This document shows, piece after piece, positions 12,393 to 25,355 of a stretch of 45,644 nt of DNA (position 1 is its first letter; each line of letters opens with the position of its first letter). The position numbers and the translations under genes were made by a program. Source of the DNA: Dimargaris cristalligena (lineage: Eukaryota); contig ML002301.1 of NCBI GenBank assembly GCA_003614675.1, positions 1 to 45,644 of the forward strand, in the 5' to 3' direction. Under the pieces are notes generated by a model, which was not told where the DNA came from, ran no database searches, and worked only from the letters and a program-made list of their open reading frames with translations.

Positions 12393-14068
12393 TGAAAAGA
12401 GCCACCCACCCCACTAATAACCCTAAACATACACCAACTCAGAGCCGAGGAGAGCAGTGTGCTGAGCTAGACAGGCCAATTCGGGACTTCATCGTGTAGC
12501 ACATTTCAGGGTGGTGGTGGGGTTGTACAGTCAACGGACCCTGAAGGGTTTAATAAAAGAGCACCACCACCTGGCTTCATGGGAGGGTTTTCCCAGTGTG
12601 CCAAATACACACTGCCACTTACTAATATGGTAGTGGTGACCACGGCTGCTAATACTGTTAATTAAAACCCTATTAACAACCTCCTCCCGAAAAGAAGCGC
12701 AACGATCCATTCTGGGACACGGGAGGCCGCCTCGCCACCCACTGATGAGATGGAGATAAGGGAGATAAGGGTTTTAATCCCTTTCATTAGGCTATTCTGG
12801 GACAGCGCAGGGAAGGGTCGCCACCCGGCTCCCAGCAATTTTTGGACTGATTGGCACAGGCCGAGAAACAACCCCCCTGACACGTCTCCTCTGCTAATTT
12901 ATCGCGTCGACCACACCGCCGAAGAAGGCTGTTGAATGGGTATTCCAATGGGACAGGTATTAAGTATTCCCTTCCCCCGTTACAGTATCCCCGAGTAAAT
13001 AGACCCCGCGTCCTTCTCCGCGGTATTTCGGACTGGCTGTTGACTGGGGGAGAGAGAGCTCCTCCGCCCACATCGACAACCCTTGTATCATAGGCACAGC
13101 CTGCGCACGTTCACGTGACACCCCTCTCTTGTTTAATCCACGCTCCCCCAATTCTCCCCATTCTTGCGTTGGATGGATCCCATAACCCTGGTCCGAATCC
13201 TGGAGCTGGCCAACTCTTAATGAGAAGGCCCTGTTCTCTCCTCAGCTAAACAAAATCTATGGCTTGATTAATCAATCTGAGTGTTGCGCGTATCTGGGGC
13301 ACTTGTGCTTAGGATCTTTCAATAATGAGGTCGTCCTTTGGGTTTCATTATCAAGCTAAAGTAAACTACCCGTCCTTGAATATCCGGTCGGCCACAATGA
13401 GGGGTTTATCCCTTTATCTTAGAGTGGTCGTCCCAACCCTTGGGTGGGTGACACTCCTCGGAAAAGCTCCTCAATGGTGTTGGTATAATGTGATAGAAGT
13501 GGCTTATCCTCCGGGCTTGTTGATAAACCCAGCCAATTCAATTCTCTTCACTTCACTTCACTTCAATCCAAAGCAAAGCAAATTAATCTCCAGTTCTTTG
13601 ACTGCCCTGGACACAGCTAGGTCTAGAGGGGTTTGGCACAACCCCTACCATTATATAAAGGATTAGTGGTAGTAATAGTCAGTCTTGCACCGACTAGTCT
13701 TGGTATTGTACTACTACCATACTACCCTTTACAACTGTGATAAATCGCCATCCATAGAAGAAAAAAACTAGCTCATTAGCACTATTCCCTCCCCCAAGCC
13801 ATGTCCACCTCATTCGTAAAAAGAGGATCAACCTTTACGCATTATTATAAAACCTCTTCATTTACCCTTCCCCCGGTATCCCCAATTGAGCCCGGCATTC
13901 GTTAACTTATGATTCTTGTTCCTTGATATACTTGTAATTCCTGTCGTTTGATTCCTCTACTAACTCCAGCCCCAGTCGCTTTGCCTTGACCCGTTGTCGT
14001 TCAAGCTCTTCTCCACCCCCACCTATTCTCCCATTCCCCCGGTTTAAGCATTCATAAGTCCCGTAGCC

Positions 14069-14989
14069 ATGTTTTGCGATCTTAGCATTGCGTACCCGGA
14101 GAAGGAAAAGACCGGTCCGCTGGGAAGTGCCGCCATGGACTCAGTAGTCTCCACCGTTCAAATGGCCTACGACCGTAAGTATAACCCTTAGTCACGGAGC
14201 CCTGTCGACGGGGCGCCGAGTTATGGGTGGGTCACCCGTTCTATAACTATAACTATATCAATATTGACTATTCGTTCGCTTTTCTTTATTTTGGCCACCC
14301 CAACTCACTATTGGACCCAATTTGTGTACTTTGCTACATTATATATTTGTATATCCTAGTCGGTTACCAAATCGTTGCCCTTGATCAAACTATTCAGGCC
14401 AGGGCCATAACGTCTCCGGTAGGTTGGTCCATCTTCTAACGCCTTCGCTTTAGTCCCCCTTTGCCATGTTTAATTAATGCCCACGCCAACTTGGCTGTGA
14501 CCACGAATTTCATCCATTGCCGCACACCTTATGTCTTCTTCAGAAATCCAACTCATTACGGGAACCTACCCTTTGCTCTATCCTTTTATTTGGGTTTGAC
14601 AGCTCAACCCCATCGACCTTATAGAGCTACCCAACTATCCCCGGCAGTTCGCCCCTATGGCCGACCCGGATCGGGAGGAACAGGGCTCCGTTACCCTCGG
14701 CCGGGCCTTTGGTAACAAAAAGACCGATACTGGTTCCCTTTACCAGCTTAGACGCCTGACTATCGTTTTATTCAATGAAGGACCAGGTCTATTCAATTCG
14801 GTAGGTTTTCAACGAGCCCCCTATTTTTATGCATCAGTATAAATCTAAATGAAAAAAATAATAATCGAATAGCCAAACAAACTAACACATACACGCTACT
14901 ATTCAGGATAGGTTTTCCGTTAGTTTATATCCCAGCTATCTCTTACTAATCGGATTTGATCTCATTTTCCCCCTTTTCTTCTCTATAAC

Positions 14990-15033
<44 letters not shown>

Positions 15034-15608
15034 CTGCGAAGGCCAATATGGACCGGTACGATATTCTCGCTGTCCAGCCCATGTCCCAAGATGCCCTCCA
15101 ACTCGCTTGTGAATCGCTCGAGGTGGACATTATCCGTCTTGGTGACAGCGACAACGTGCGCTGGGTGCGGACCGCCAGCGCCCGCCTGGCGATCAGCCGG
15201 GGGGTCCATTTCGAACTCCACTACAGCCAGAGTCTCAGTGACCAAGTATCCCGCCGCCGATTCATTTCCATGGCACTCAGTATCCAGGAGAATTCCAAGG
15301 GCCAAAACATTATTCTGACTAGCGGGGCCCAACGCGCCTTTAATATGCGGGGTCCTTACGACGTTATGAACATGGGCCATTTGTTCGGCCTGAACCGCGC
15401 CTGGGCTAAGACCGCCCTGACCACTTCTCCCCGTGCCGTTTTGTTCCACGCCGAAACTCGTCGGAGTACTTGTAAATCCACCGTCATGGTCAAACCCATG
15501 CCCACCACGGACGCCCTGTCCACGAAGCGAGAGGCGGAAGAAAATGCCATGGAGGTTGATGCGCAGACCAAGAAATCGAAAACGGCGGCCCAATTTTTCT
15601 GGGCTTAA
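14069..15608 (+). CDS. RPP1: RNase P/MRP subunit p30. Exons 14069-14174, 14360-14418, 14603-14800 and 15030-15608, about 313 aa
   Basis: MFCDLSI start, LGYQIVALDQ, LYQLRRLTIV, YDILAVQP, AISRGVHFELHYS, NIILTSGA and MRGPYDVMNMGHLFGL are typical of Rpp30. All three introns are GT-AG and in phase. The exon 3 acceptor is less certain. Confidence 0.9.
14996..15028. repeat. (TA)n microsatellite at the 3' end of RPP1 intron 3
   Basis: About 16 AT units ending in the acceptor AG at 15028-15029. Confidence 0.9.
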
Positions 15609-16062
15609 TGTGTGTGGGGAGGAGAAGGAGCACACCCCATCGGATGATAATGGTGTTCCGCCTCTACACTGCCCTTCAATTTTATTATCCCGATAATTGC
15701 TTTTTTCGTGTTACATCTTTTGGTGGAAAATTTATATAAATACTAGTGTGGCCGCCACAGTGTGCAGATTAGGTCAATTGGCCTTGGATGTGTCAAGTAG
15801 CTGGTTTACAGATAGAGGTTACATTTATTATTGGGATTTTTAGAGGGTGGGGTAGTATTGGGGATTCAGTACGGAAGTAGTTGATGATTATAAAATATCC
15901 GAAGGTGACTTATAATAAGTAACACCTGCCTGGGAGAGATATCCCCCGTCATTAAATTTCAAGCGGGTCTGCTCCAATGGTGGATAGTTGAAGCGACAGT
16001 TACTGTGGCAGAGTTTTCTTGTGCCAATTGGCAAGACATTCCAATTTGGTTGAATCCACACT

Positions 16063-18383
16063 TTAGCCCATGGCTACCTTGACAAATTCGTTCTATAGCT
16101 CACAAGGAATGGATTGAAATGCCCGATAACATAGCAAATATACAATACGGAATGAGTACGGGGATCATCAGTAAACATAATCGTATTCACTGAACAGTCG
16201 GATGCTTATATATATCCTATCCCATTGCTCTATTTAAGCATCAGTGCATTGGACTCCCGCATTGGTTTATTTTTGGGGCATCAAGGACCGAGTACCCGGT
16301 AACTTACCTTCAGAACCGGAATGTGATTGACGGCGTTTAAGCCCAACGACCGCACGGCCGCGAGAGGACCACAGGACGTCGAGAACAATTTCTGCAGTTT
16401 ATCTACGGCCCCAATCATGACCAAATTAGCGAAATACCGGTCGGACGAGTAACCCAGCAGCGAATTATAGTCCCCGAGGTCCTGGCCATTCAGGGCCGCG
16501 CTTTCCAGGGCCCGGGTTATACTGGCCACATCCAGGAGGCCGAGATTCAACCCCTGCCCCGCCAGGGGATGGATGGTATGCGCGGCATCACCCACTAGAG
16601 CGATCCGTTGCCCAATGTACCGGTCGGCGTGTTGGAGCTTAAAGGGGAAGGAGGCCCGACTGTCGGGTTCCACCTGGGCTACCCACGGGGGTTGGTGATG
16701 GTGGTGGTAGGCCTGGGTGGAGCCAGTATCCCCCCCGGCCCCGTGGGCGGCGGTCAGTTCCGCGGTGGCCGCCAGGCGCACACCAAATTCAGTGACCATG
16801 GAGAATGAAGGGGTGGGTGATTGAATGTGTCGGAGGAGGTAGTCCAGGTCTTCGAAGGGAAGACGAAGGGCGACATTAAGGGCCTGAACGAACTCCGCTT
16901 CGGGGAGCTTTTTAAGGTGGGGCACAAAATCCTTTTCCATGGACCAGACTAATGCAACATGGTTGTGGGGCATCTGCGGGCGATGTGCAGGAATATCGGA
17001 GCCCCCCGAATGTTGAAGTACATAAACATGATATATATCAATAGCATGATTTAATCGATATGCCATTCTGACCTACTTTGAATCGATCCACCAGCCCCTA
17101 CCGCACCGCTCTAAATAATCATAATACATAGTAAACGTGTGCACGTATTTATCTATCGAGTAGTAACTTACCGGTAAAAGAGCAATGGGACCAGTAGGTA
17201 AAAAGCGTTGCCAAGCGGTAGTATTGACGCAGTCCGAGTCAGCCAGCTTCAGCATGGCCACAATGCCGTGCTGGGTGTAATTCCACCCCGCCGAGCCAAT
17301 ATTCGAAAACCGTCTCACGGGCGAATTGGCCCCGTCGGCCCCGATGAGTAGGCGGGTCTGCAGGGTCCGACCCGACGAAAGGCGCAGTACCGGCCAGTCC
17401 AATTCCGAGCCTGCTCCACCTTGACCCGGCGAGGTTGTCGGAGTAGTATTTGGGGATGCAGTGGACCGGGGCTGGGCCAGGCTAATATGGTCCACTTTGG
17501 TTTGATCCATAATTTCCACCCGGTCCCGTACTTCATCCACGGCCCGGAGGGCCGCCCGGTGGAGATTTAGGTTTTCCAGGATCCAGGCCATGGGCTGCTG
17601 TTGATTCAATCGATTTCCCGCGCGCGACAGCTCGGGCAGGTCGCGGGCCGAGAAATGGACCCGACCGTCAGAGACACCGTCCCACACTTTCATGTCGGTG
17701 TAGGGCTGGATGCGGGTGGCATCGAGATGGGGCCAGATGCCGCTGGCGACCAGGGTACTCTGAGACGCGGGGGTGATTGATACCGTTCGGTTGGAGTAGG
17801 CCAGGCTCGGCGAAGTATCCCATTGGCGTACTTTGTTAAGATCGGAGGATTCAATGAGCGCAACTCGACGGTTGGCTAGTGCGGGGTTGGAACCTGTAAT
17901 GATGGGACATACCCCTCCGGAAAAATTGGATCACAGGAAGTGGGGTAAGTGGCTTGAATGGGGTTTAAATACTAGGTGATCAAGCCTTCAATCGGGGGAT
18001 CCTGAACTAATAGACATTTAAATTCGTCCCTATATTGTCCTCGGAATACTACCGCTTGCACCCTTAATTGGAATACCGATACACAAACACATACACACAC
18101 ACACGCATATATATATATTGGGGATGTACGTCGTTTAGTAACTAGGTGGTATATACGCAAAATGATAGCCATAATAAAGTTGTTCTCTCGTACCTATTCC
18201 ACGGGCTAAGGTGGCCCCGGCGATACCCCCACCGACAATCACGACATCGAACAAGTCGGGCTTTTCAATGTGACCGGACGTGGGCGTGGAGAACCTACGG
18301 CGCTGGCTAGACCGGATCAGCCCCAGGCGACTGACTGGCGCACGGACGAATGAGCCGAGCAGTGACTGGCGAAGGAGGGCCAT
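16063..18383 (-). CDS. COQ6: Ubiquinone biosynthesis FAD monooxygenase Coq6, mitochondrial. Exons 18383-18194, 17893-17172, 16973-16308 and 16092-16063, about 535 aa
   Basis: Arg/Ser-rich presequence, then DVVIVGGGIAG, MKVWDGVS, LLIGADGANSPVR, TAWQRFLPTGPIALLP and ALVGDAAHTIHPLAGQGLNLG. GT-AG introns are in phase; the last exon reads NEFVKVAMG*. Confidence 0.95.
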
Positions 18384-19163
18384 GATTAGCAAACAGAATA
18401 TGACGAATTGAACTAAAAAGGTAAGTAAGCGGTATGAAGGTGAGGGGGTTGTCGGCAATATGAAATAATGAATGCGGAAGAATGTAACCCTACAAAAGAA
18501 CGACTTGGAGGCCCCGGAATCCCGCAGTTGGACCATGAGTCGGATTAGTCTGGGGGGTCCCCAAGGCTTGTCCAGCTGTTGGGAAATAAAGGGAGGGGCT
18601 GGGGGGAAACCACGCAGAATCATAGGTCTCCTGCGAAACGGAGCACTGAAGAGCCGGCTGGCTGGTATTCTTTCGGCAGCCTGAAATGGGGAGGCATATC
18701 CCCCCTCTCCATTCCATTGCGGCATGCTTGAATAGGCCCACTAATATATATATATATAAATCAGGTGTTTGGCATTTCAAGGCTGTTTGCTTAAAGTATC
18801 GGAAGAGAAATTGGGAGGTCAGGTCCGATTATCCCTGTTTGCCGTTTGTGTGGCTAATGAGGTAGCAGCAGTTTACTTAGCCTTGCGCCCCTATACCATT
18901 CGGTCCCATATATTCGTCATCCCCATTTTGAACATTGAGCATAATTTTAATTAAGCAGCCACTGTCGGAAGCGTAAAATAAAGTAAACCCCCCTAAGTTG
19001 ATAATATGTCGGTCGACCTATGAACTGATATCTCTAAGCAATCCTTTTGAAGCAAGTAATGAACAGTTGGGGATCATGAGAAATGGTTGCTTTTTAGAGT
19101 TGAATCATCGACTATGGTATGGCATACTGGACTATACTGTGCTCGATTCGATTCGATGATAAG

Positions 19164-21524
19164 TTATGAAGCGCTAGATCGTGGCGACATGGGGTGGCGA
19201 GTACGGAAGCGGTTCAAATGGGCGTCAAGTTGCTGGTCTTGGTAGTCCAGCGTTTCAACAAGAGATTTCCGGAGGCTTTGGAGATTATACTCAATGATGG
19301 GGAACCGAGTCATGGAAGTGCTGGAGAATACGTTGAAGATGCCGATCAACGGGCTGACCGCTATGTAGGACAGAACTAGGCCATCGTCCATTTCAACTAG
19401 TCCGGTGCTGGACGAGGCTCCGGGACTTCCCCGGATATCACGCCTGGCGATGGACAGGTGGGGCAAAGGGGGATATAACGATGGGGCGAGCAGTGGGAAA
19501 GAATAAGTAGTTAGCACAGCCCGACACCATGTTTAAGACTCAAACATTAACGACTATTTATACTAAATAGTGTTAGAGTTATCTAATACTAATTATCACC
19601 TTCCGGAATGTGGCTATTGGTCCAACTCACCTTTGTTGTTTCATAATCTCTTCCATTAAGTCATTGTAGTGGATAACCAATTCATAGAAATCGGGATCCA
19701 GGGCCACGTTATCTTTGGCGAAATACAGCCGTGAAGTGAGGTCAACCAGATAAACTTGGTGTGATTCGGATTTCTAATCCATATTACCCAAAAAAAATTC
19801 GCAAATAGATATGAGCAAAAATTAGTGAATCACAGTAGATGGGGGTATAGGTCATAAGTAGTAGGAAAAGTATGTGGTAAATCCCGACCTTTACGGATAT
19901 CACTTATCCCAGTTGCATACTACGCATTATCTAAGTAGGTCATGGAAATGAAGGACTAGAATAGGTTTAAAATACCGATTACTTACCGCAAGGAAGCTAC
20001 TGAGCAGACTCTCAAAGGTTGCCGCCTGGGGTACGAGTTTTTGGATAATTTTGCTTAGCGCAATGTGAATGGAGCAGTTGAAGATGGATGTGACATGGTA
20101 GCTAACGTGGGTGTCACTGAGGTTGGATTCGTAGTCCTCATCCTGAACGTACATTTCAAACATGCGTTGGATTTCTGATAATGATAACCGGTGGATTATA
20201 GAAAGCAGTAAAAGGCGAGGTTGTGAGTTAAAAAAGGCGACGGTATAAGTATCTTATATTCATTTTTAGGAAAACAAACCTATGTTGCATGGTACCAGGG
20301 GGTGTTTTATGAACAGGCTGATTGGAACTGCCAAACTACTTACGGGTTTTGAATTGAATCGTCTGACTATCCAGCTTGTGGATCAAGACTTCGATACCGA
20401 TGGCGGAATTGATGTCGAGGGCCTTTTTGGCAATGGTACACAAGCGAAATATGCTATGAGAGCGTATCCGCTAAGTTAAGTATATTATGGCGTGTTGGGT
20501 AGAGAGACATGATAGTTGAAAGAAGAAATACATGCGGCTAGTTAGATTAGAAAAAATAGTCTGTGGGCGTGCCGGGGAAGCAGCGAACCGATGCTGGGTA
20601 GTCAAAGAGGTGACGGAAGGAATACTTCCGATGAAGTACACGAACCACGCCGAGGCAATATGATTAACATATGCCCTTAACCACCAGCTGGTATTGACTA
20701 AAAACTTACGTCGTTGGCCATCGCGTCAATCACGAACACAATTGTGACATTTCCGCTAAATATAAGGGTATTTTCCGATTCCGAAAGCTCGTCCAGATCC
20801 AACGAGCCCGGAACGTCGATTAAGGCAATACTGGGGATCGATTGCAAGTAGTGGCGTTCGACTCGCGCACTGCCGTCTAAATACAACGATTCGTTGGGAC
20901 TATGTTGGCGAAAAACCGTGTTCAGGATACTCGTCTTACCGCTCCTAAAATAATAATAATAGTAATAATAAAAAAATGAAAGTAATGTTGGGATGCCCCG
21001 GGGGTCTAAGTTTAGTCCAAATAATCAAGTGGGTCAGTACAATATACAGCAGTGATACCATATATCTGGTAAGAAAACGGTTGAAAGTAAATAACTGGGG
21101 CTGTCAGCCCGTTTAAATAGCCAATCCGGCGAGGGTTATTTTGTTAAATTGAGAGAACCTCTTTTGATTAGCTTACCGCTTTAATCCGACCATTAGTACC
21201 CGTGGTGCATTGTCCGATACCATGTATTGGATATCCTGGGAGTTGGGCATGACGGAGCTGTTTAGTATAGAGCCAGGACATATAAGAACGCTTAGTGTGA
21301 GTACCGCTAGGGAAGACTGGGTTCAAAAGTAGCATTTGCCTATTCGCCGGGCGTTTACTTGAGCTCAATGAGAGAGGGGTACAGTGTTGGGGATTTATAT
21401 AGTAGGCATAAGCCCGTGAGCAATGTACCAGATGGGGGCAATGCCAAGGTGGGTGCTAGACGAGGAGGACGTACTTGTAACCAAACGCCGTTTGGGACAT
21501 GGGCGGTTCTACGGGGTATTGCAT
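19164..21524 (-). CDS. GTR2: Divergent Rag GTPase of the RagC/D (Gtr2) type. Exons 21524-21475, 21257-21177, 20944-20710, 20470-20344, 20174-19987, 19773-19631 and 19443-19164, about 367 aa
   Basis: Spliced product contains PRVLMVGLKRSGKTSI (P-loop), DVPGS (G3), IVFVIDA, IEVLIHKLD (G4), SYHVTSIFNCSIHIALSKIIQKLVPQ (G5 region) and a roadblock-like C-terminus (YLVDLTSRLYFAKD...IIEYN). All six introns are GT-AG and in phase. Exon 1 is the least certain. Confidence 0.88.
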
Positions 21525-23401
21525 GGCTGCGAGAGATGTGAATGGTAGGGGGGTAGAGAGTCCCAGCGATAAAAGGTACGCGTTTTGGAATAAAAATATA
21601 GTCAATGAAAACGAATGAGTCACTCAGCCGCCCGGTGCCTCCAATTCAACCTTAGGCTGGTAGTGAGCAAGGTTATAAATGTTAGATAGCGAGAAAAAAA
21701 GGTAAGGGTATAAGAAGACAGGCGATTGTGGGTACAAATGTGACGGTAAAAAATAACGGAAAGCAGGAAGAGAAAAAGGAATGGCTACTGGGAAGGGACG
21801 GGTTTGGGGGAATGGGCAAGTAGGCGTGCCCACAACACCTTAGTTGTCCAAGGTATGGCTTACATCATTAAGGAACCCTTAGCAATAGGGCCCAAAAAGC
21901 CGAGCCACCCACCGCCCCTCTGACGCACCCTCATGCATACCCTGGGACTGGGCCCTATTATTGAATCTGCCCAAGCTATATCGCCTAGTTGCATCATGGG
22001 AGTGACGGACGAGCTAGTTAAGCCGCTCTAATGGAAACATAGATTCTAGAATATAGTCAGTATTACATCCGGGCAGAATGTACTTGCTCCTCAACTGGCT
22101 AGATACTTGCAGTTTGGGACAGCGATAATAATTGCATTACATTTTACGTCTGGTGAAACGCATTGATCTTTCCGACTCCCATTTTCTCCTTGGACGTTTT
22201 ATTGCTGTCCGAGATATGCATTGCCAACTAAAATTAAACATGGGCCCAAACTGGTCGATACTAGCCTGTGCCTGTTTATTCGCATCCCATTTCATTGAAG
22301 AGCCCCGGCTGTTCCGTCCGTTTGACGATTCCTAATGCAGCGGTAATTCGTAACCGAATCCGCTATACCTGACCTTCGGTCTCTGCTGCCAATTCTACAT
22401 GATTTGCCATTATACTCGCACACGCTGTCGCAATATATTAACCATCAACTTTACAGATCTATGAATAAAGGCAGACGGCCATATATCGACGTCTCTAAGA
22501 AATTAAGTTCCTATACCATGTGTCCTTTAATGTTTTAGTGGTACCCCCAAGTATTACTTAATGTTAATCGAGTATTCGTTTGTGTCTTCCTGAAGCTATT
22601 GGTGGTAGGAAACCCTTCCGCCCTCAATTCCCTGTTCCTCTCGAGCCCCCCACAATAGCCCCGTATTCCTACGGCCCAAAAGGCTCGATACGTCTCGTCT
22701 GGATAAACAAACCACCCGTGCGGCCTCCGGTGGGTTTGGGCACCTCTGTCCTACTTTGCTGTTGTAAAAGCCACTGCCACCATAAAAATACCGACGTCGA
22801 CGGCCCACCTAAATAAACGCTTAGTCAGCCGTTGAACAGCTTCCCCCCTCCTTCTAATTTAGTGCACCTGCCATTATTCAGCAAGAACGCAGTTCTCTAG
22901 TAAAAAAGCCCACCCGTATCTCCTAAAGCAGCAAAGTCGACGGGAAATTCCCTCGGCATAAAAGCCAAATGCCAGTCCTACAACCGGACTCTGCATCACT
23001 GTTGCATTGCTTAATAATGCTTCCCTGATAATCCGTCCACTCTAGGCCAAGGTCCGTTAATCAAGGTGCCGAATCCTGGGGCCATATACAAATATGGCAG
23101 GCACCTAACCCCAATTCTGGAAATTGAACCATTCGATTTATCATCACCAGCGGGGTATCGTTTTCACGGATGCGCTTCGCTTCATTATATGACTAAACCA
23201 GTGAAAACATGCTAGAGTCAGTCGCCCGCTCTTTACAGTCTAAACAATACAGTGGAATGTCCGCCCATTGGTGGAGTCTCCTCTCGGATACCAACGCCGC
23301 AGTGATAAATTATGCTAGGCTGTTCATAGATTTAGACTGGGCGTATCCAATTCCCTGTGTTTCCCCTATGAACTAAGGCCTCAAGTAAAGAGCTGGTCGG
23401 T

Positions 23402-23410
23402 CTATAAATA
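23402..23410 (+). promoter_or_regulatory. Candidate TATA box upstream of the quinone oxidoreductase gene
   Basis: ctataaata lies about 170 nt before the ATG at 23576 and is followed by a pyrimidine-rich leader. Confidence 0.45.
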
Positions 23411-23575
23411 CCGTCCGTTGTTCCCTCTGGTGTTCAATAAACCATCACCTTGCCACCATCAGTAGCCGCCTACCTCCGCTTCCGCCTTCTTTATCCGCAG
23501 TCCAACCATCTAGTCCCCCTAGTTCAACTCAGCTCCCTGTCCTTCCCTACCTCCTCCGTTCAGCTCAACCCCAAC

Positions 23576-24550
23576 ATGCAGGCCATCGAATTCACCCAGC
23601 CCGGCGGCCCCGACGTTGTCGTTTACAAATCCGTACCCAAGCCCGACTTTGATCCCGCCGCTAACCGCGGCCAGATCCTGGTGAAGAACCGCGTCGCCGG
23701 AGTCAACTTCGCCGACGTTAAGGTCCGGGAGGGCGAATATCCCTCCTCGGTACCTAATCGCCTCGGTCTGGAAAGCAGCGGTGTTGTCGAAGCCGTCGGT
23801 GCCGATGTGAACGATATTCGTGTGGGTGACCGCGTGGTGGGTATGGGGGGCGGTCTGTTCGCCGAATATGGTATCGTTCCCCGAGCCTACGCTGCAGTAC
23901 TCCCCGACGAGATTTCTTTCCAAACCGGCGCGGCCTCGTACGTCGTGGGTCTGACCGCCCTGGCTTTAATTCGCCGTGCCTATCCAGTCAAGGCCGGCGA
24001 TTGGGTCCTCGTCCAAGCCGGGGCCGGAGGGGTCGGCAGTGCGTTGGTTCAACTGTGCCACCATTTGGGAGCCCGCGTGATTACCACTACGTCGACCCCG
24101 GCCAAAGCCAAGCTTGCCACGGCCAATGGTGCCGACCATGTCATTCTGTACACCGAGTCGGATTGGGTTGCCGAGGTGAAGCGCATCACGGAAAACCGGG
24201 GCGTTGATGTGGTCTACGATGCCGTTGGCCAAACGACTTTCCGGAAGGGTTTGGAGGCCTTGAAGATGACCGGTACTATGGTCACCTACGGCGATGCCTC
24301 GGGCCCAGTGGAACCGTTTGGAGTGCATGACCTTATCACCAAAAATTTGACTTTGGTAGCCATCAGTCTTTATAAGTACATTTCACCCGAACAACCTATT
24401 ACCGAGCTGGTCAATGAACTGTTTTCGTTCATTCACCAGGGTGTCCTCAGTATCCCCATTGGTAAAACTTACCCACTTAGCGAAGTAAAGCAGGCTCTGA
24501 TTGATATCGCCACCCGCCAATCATCTGGAAAGCTCCTTGTTGATATTTAA
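23576..24550 (+). CDS. NADPH:quinone oxidoreductase, zeta-crystallin/Zta1/Qor-like MDR family, 324 aa, intronless
   Basis: GGPDVVVY, AGVNFAD, LGLESSGVVEAVG, VLVQAGAGGVGS (NADPH-binding), GVDVVYDAVG and GKLLV. No zinc-ADH Cys/His ligands. The first ATG is at 23576; the ORF-track start at 23450 is a TTG. Confidence 0.92.
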   Translation: MQAIEFTQPGGPDVVVYKSVPKPDFDPAANRGQILVKNRVAGVNFADVKVREGEYPSSVPNRLGLESSGVVEAVGADVNDIRVGDRVVGMGGGLFAEYGIVPRAYAAVLPDEISFQTGAASYVVGLTALALIRRAYPVKAGDWVLVQAGAGGVGSALVQLCHHLGARVITTTSTPAKAKLATANGADHVILYTESDWVAEVKRITENRGVDVVYDAVGQTTFRKGLEALKMTGTMVTYGDASGPVEPFGVHDLITKNLTLVAISLYKYISPEQPITELVNELFSFIHQGVLSIPIGKTYPLSEVKQALIDIATRQSSGKLLVDI

Positions 24551-24974
24551 TTCTCTGTCCCCTATTTAAAGCCGACATGCAACAATTTCCCTTGTTCTAG
24601 CTACGTTTCAATCAAATAGTATGTCCTACCAATACACAAATAAACTGTTGTTGGGTAATCCCGCTGATATTTATCTACGAGAATGGTACTGGATGGCTAA
24701 TGGGGTCCCCGAACTCGAGGGTTCGGTATGGTTGTTTAGATTGCACTCGGGTAATATGCATTTGGCCTGAGTTGAACATGATGTTATTATAGGAATCTTG
24801 GGAGGTTCGAGGGCGGTTGGATATTGTATCATCCCCTAAATACCCATGACTAGCTATTGGACCCAGCCTCTTGGTATTTTTTATTAGACTACCTATAAAC
24901 ATCCAGTCCTACTTACTATTATCCTGGAAGTTCTTGCTACCCACACTAAAAGCCCTGGCTGGAGATACCTCGGT

Positions 24975-25262
24975 AAAATTCAGTTCAGCTATATAAGGTG
25001 CCAAATGATATGTGTACCAGAATAGGCAGGAGCTTCATTTTTAACCAGTAATGTTTGTTTCATTCAGCGGATATTTCGTTATACAGTCGAGTTGAACGTC
25101 TCTCATAAATATATATGGAAGAAATTCAAACCAGCTGTATAAGGTTTTACATAATACGTGTATGGACGAATCCATGTGAGAATATCTTTTAACCAGTAAT
25201 ATTGGCCTCATCCAATGGATTTTTCGTTATACAGCCTGAATGAACTTCTCCCATATATAACA
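24975..25262. repeat. Diverged tandem duplication, two units of about 146-148 bp
   Basis: cagct(a/g)tataaggt at 24986 and 25132; ttttaaccagtaat at 25039 and 25187; tttcgttatacag in both copies. About 57/73 ungapped identities over the best block (hand count). Confidence 0.85.
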
Positions 25263-25355
25263 CGTATATTCGGATAAAATTTATTACGAAGAAATCATAC
25301 TGAAACAAATGACTGAACCACGGGGTAGGATATTTTTGCTGCTAAACTAAGCGAA

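Noticed and set aside
23576-24550. Possible bacterial horizontal transfer of the intronless quinone oxidoreductase
   Set aside because: Fungi have native Zta1-like enzymes, other genes here are also intronless, and composition is not visibly different. A phylogeny would be needed.
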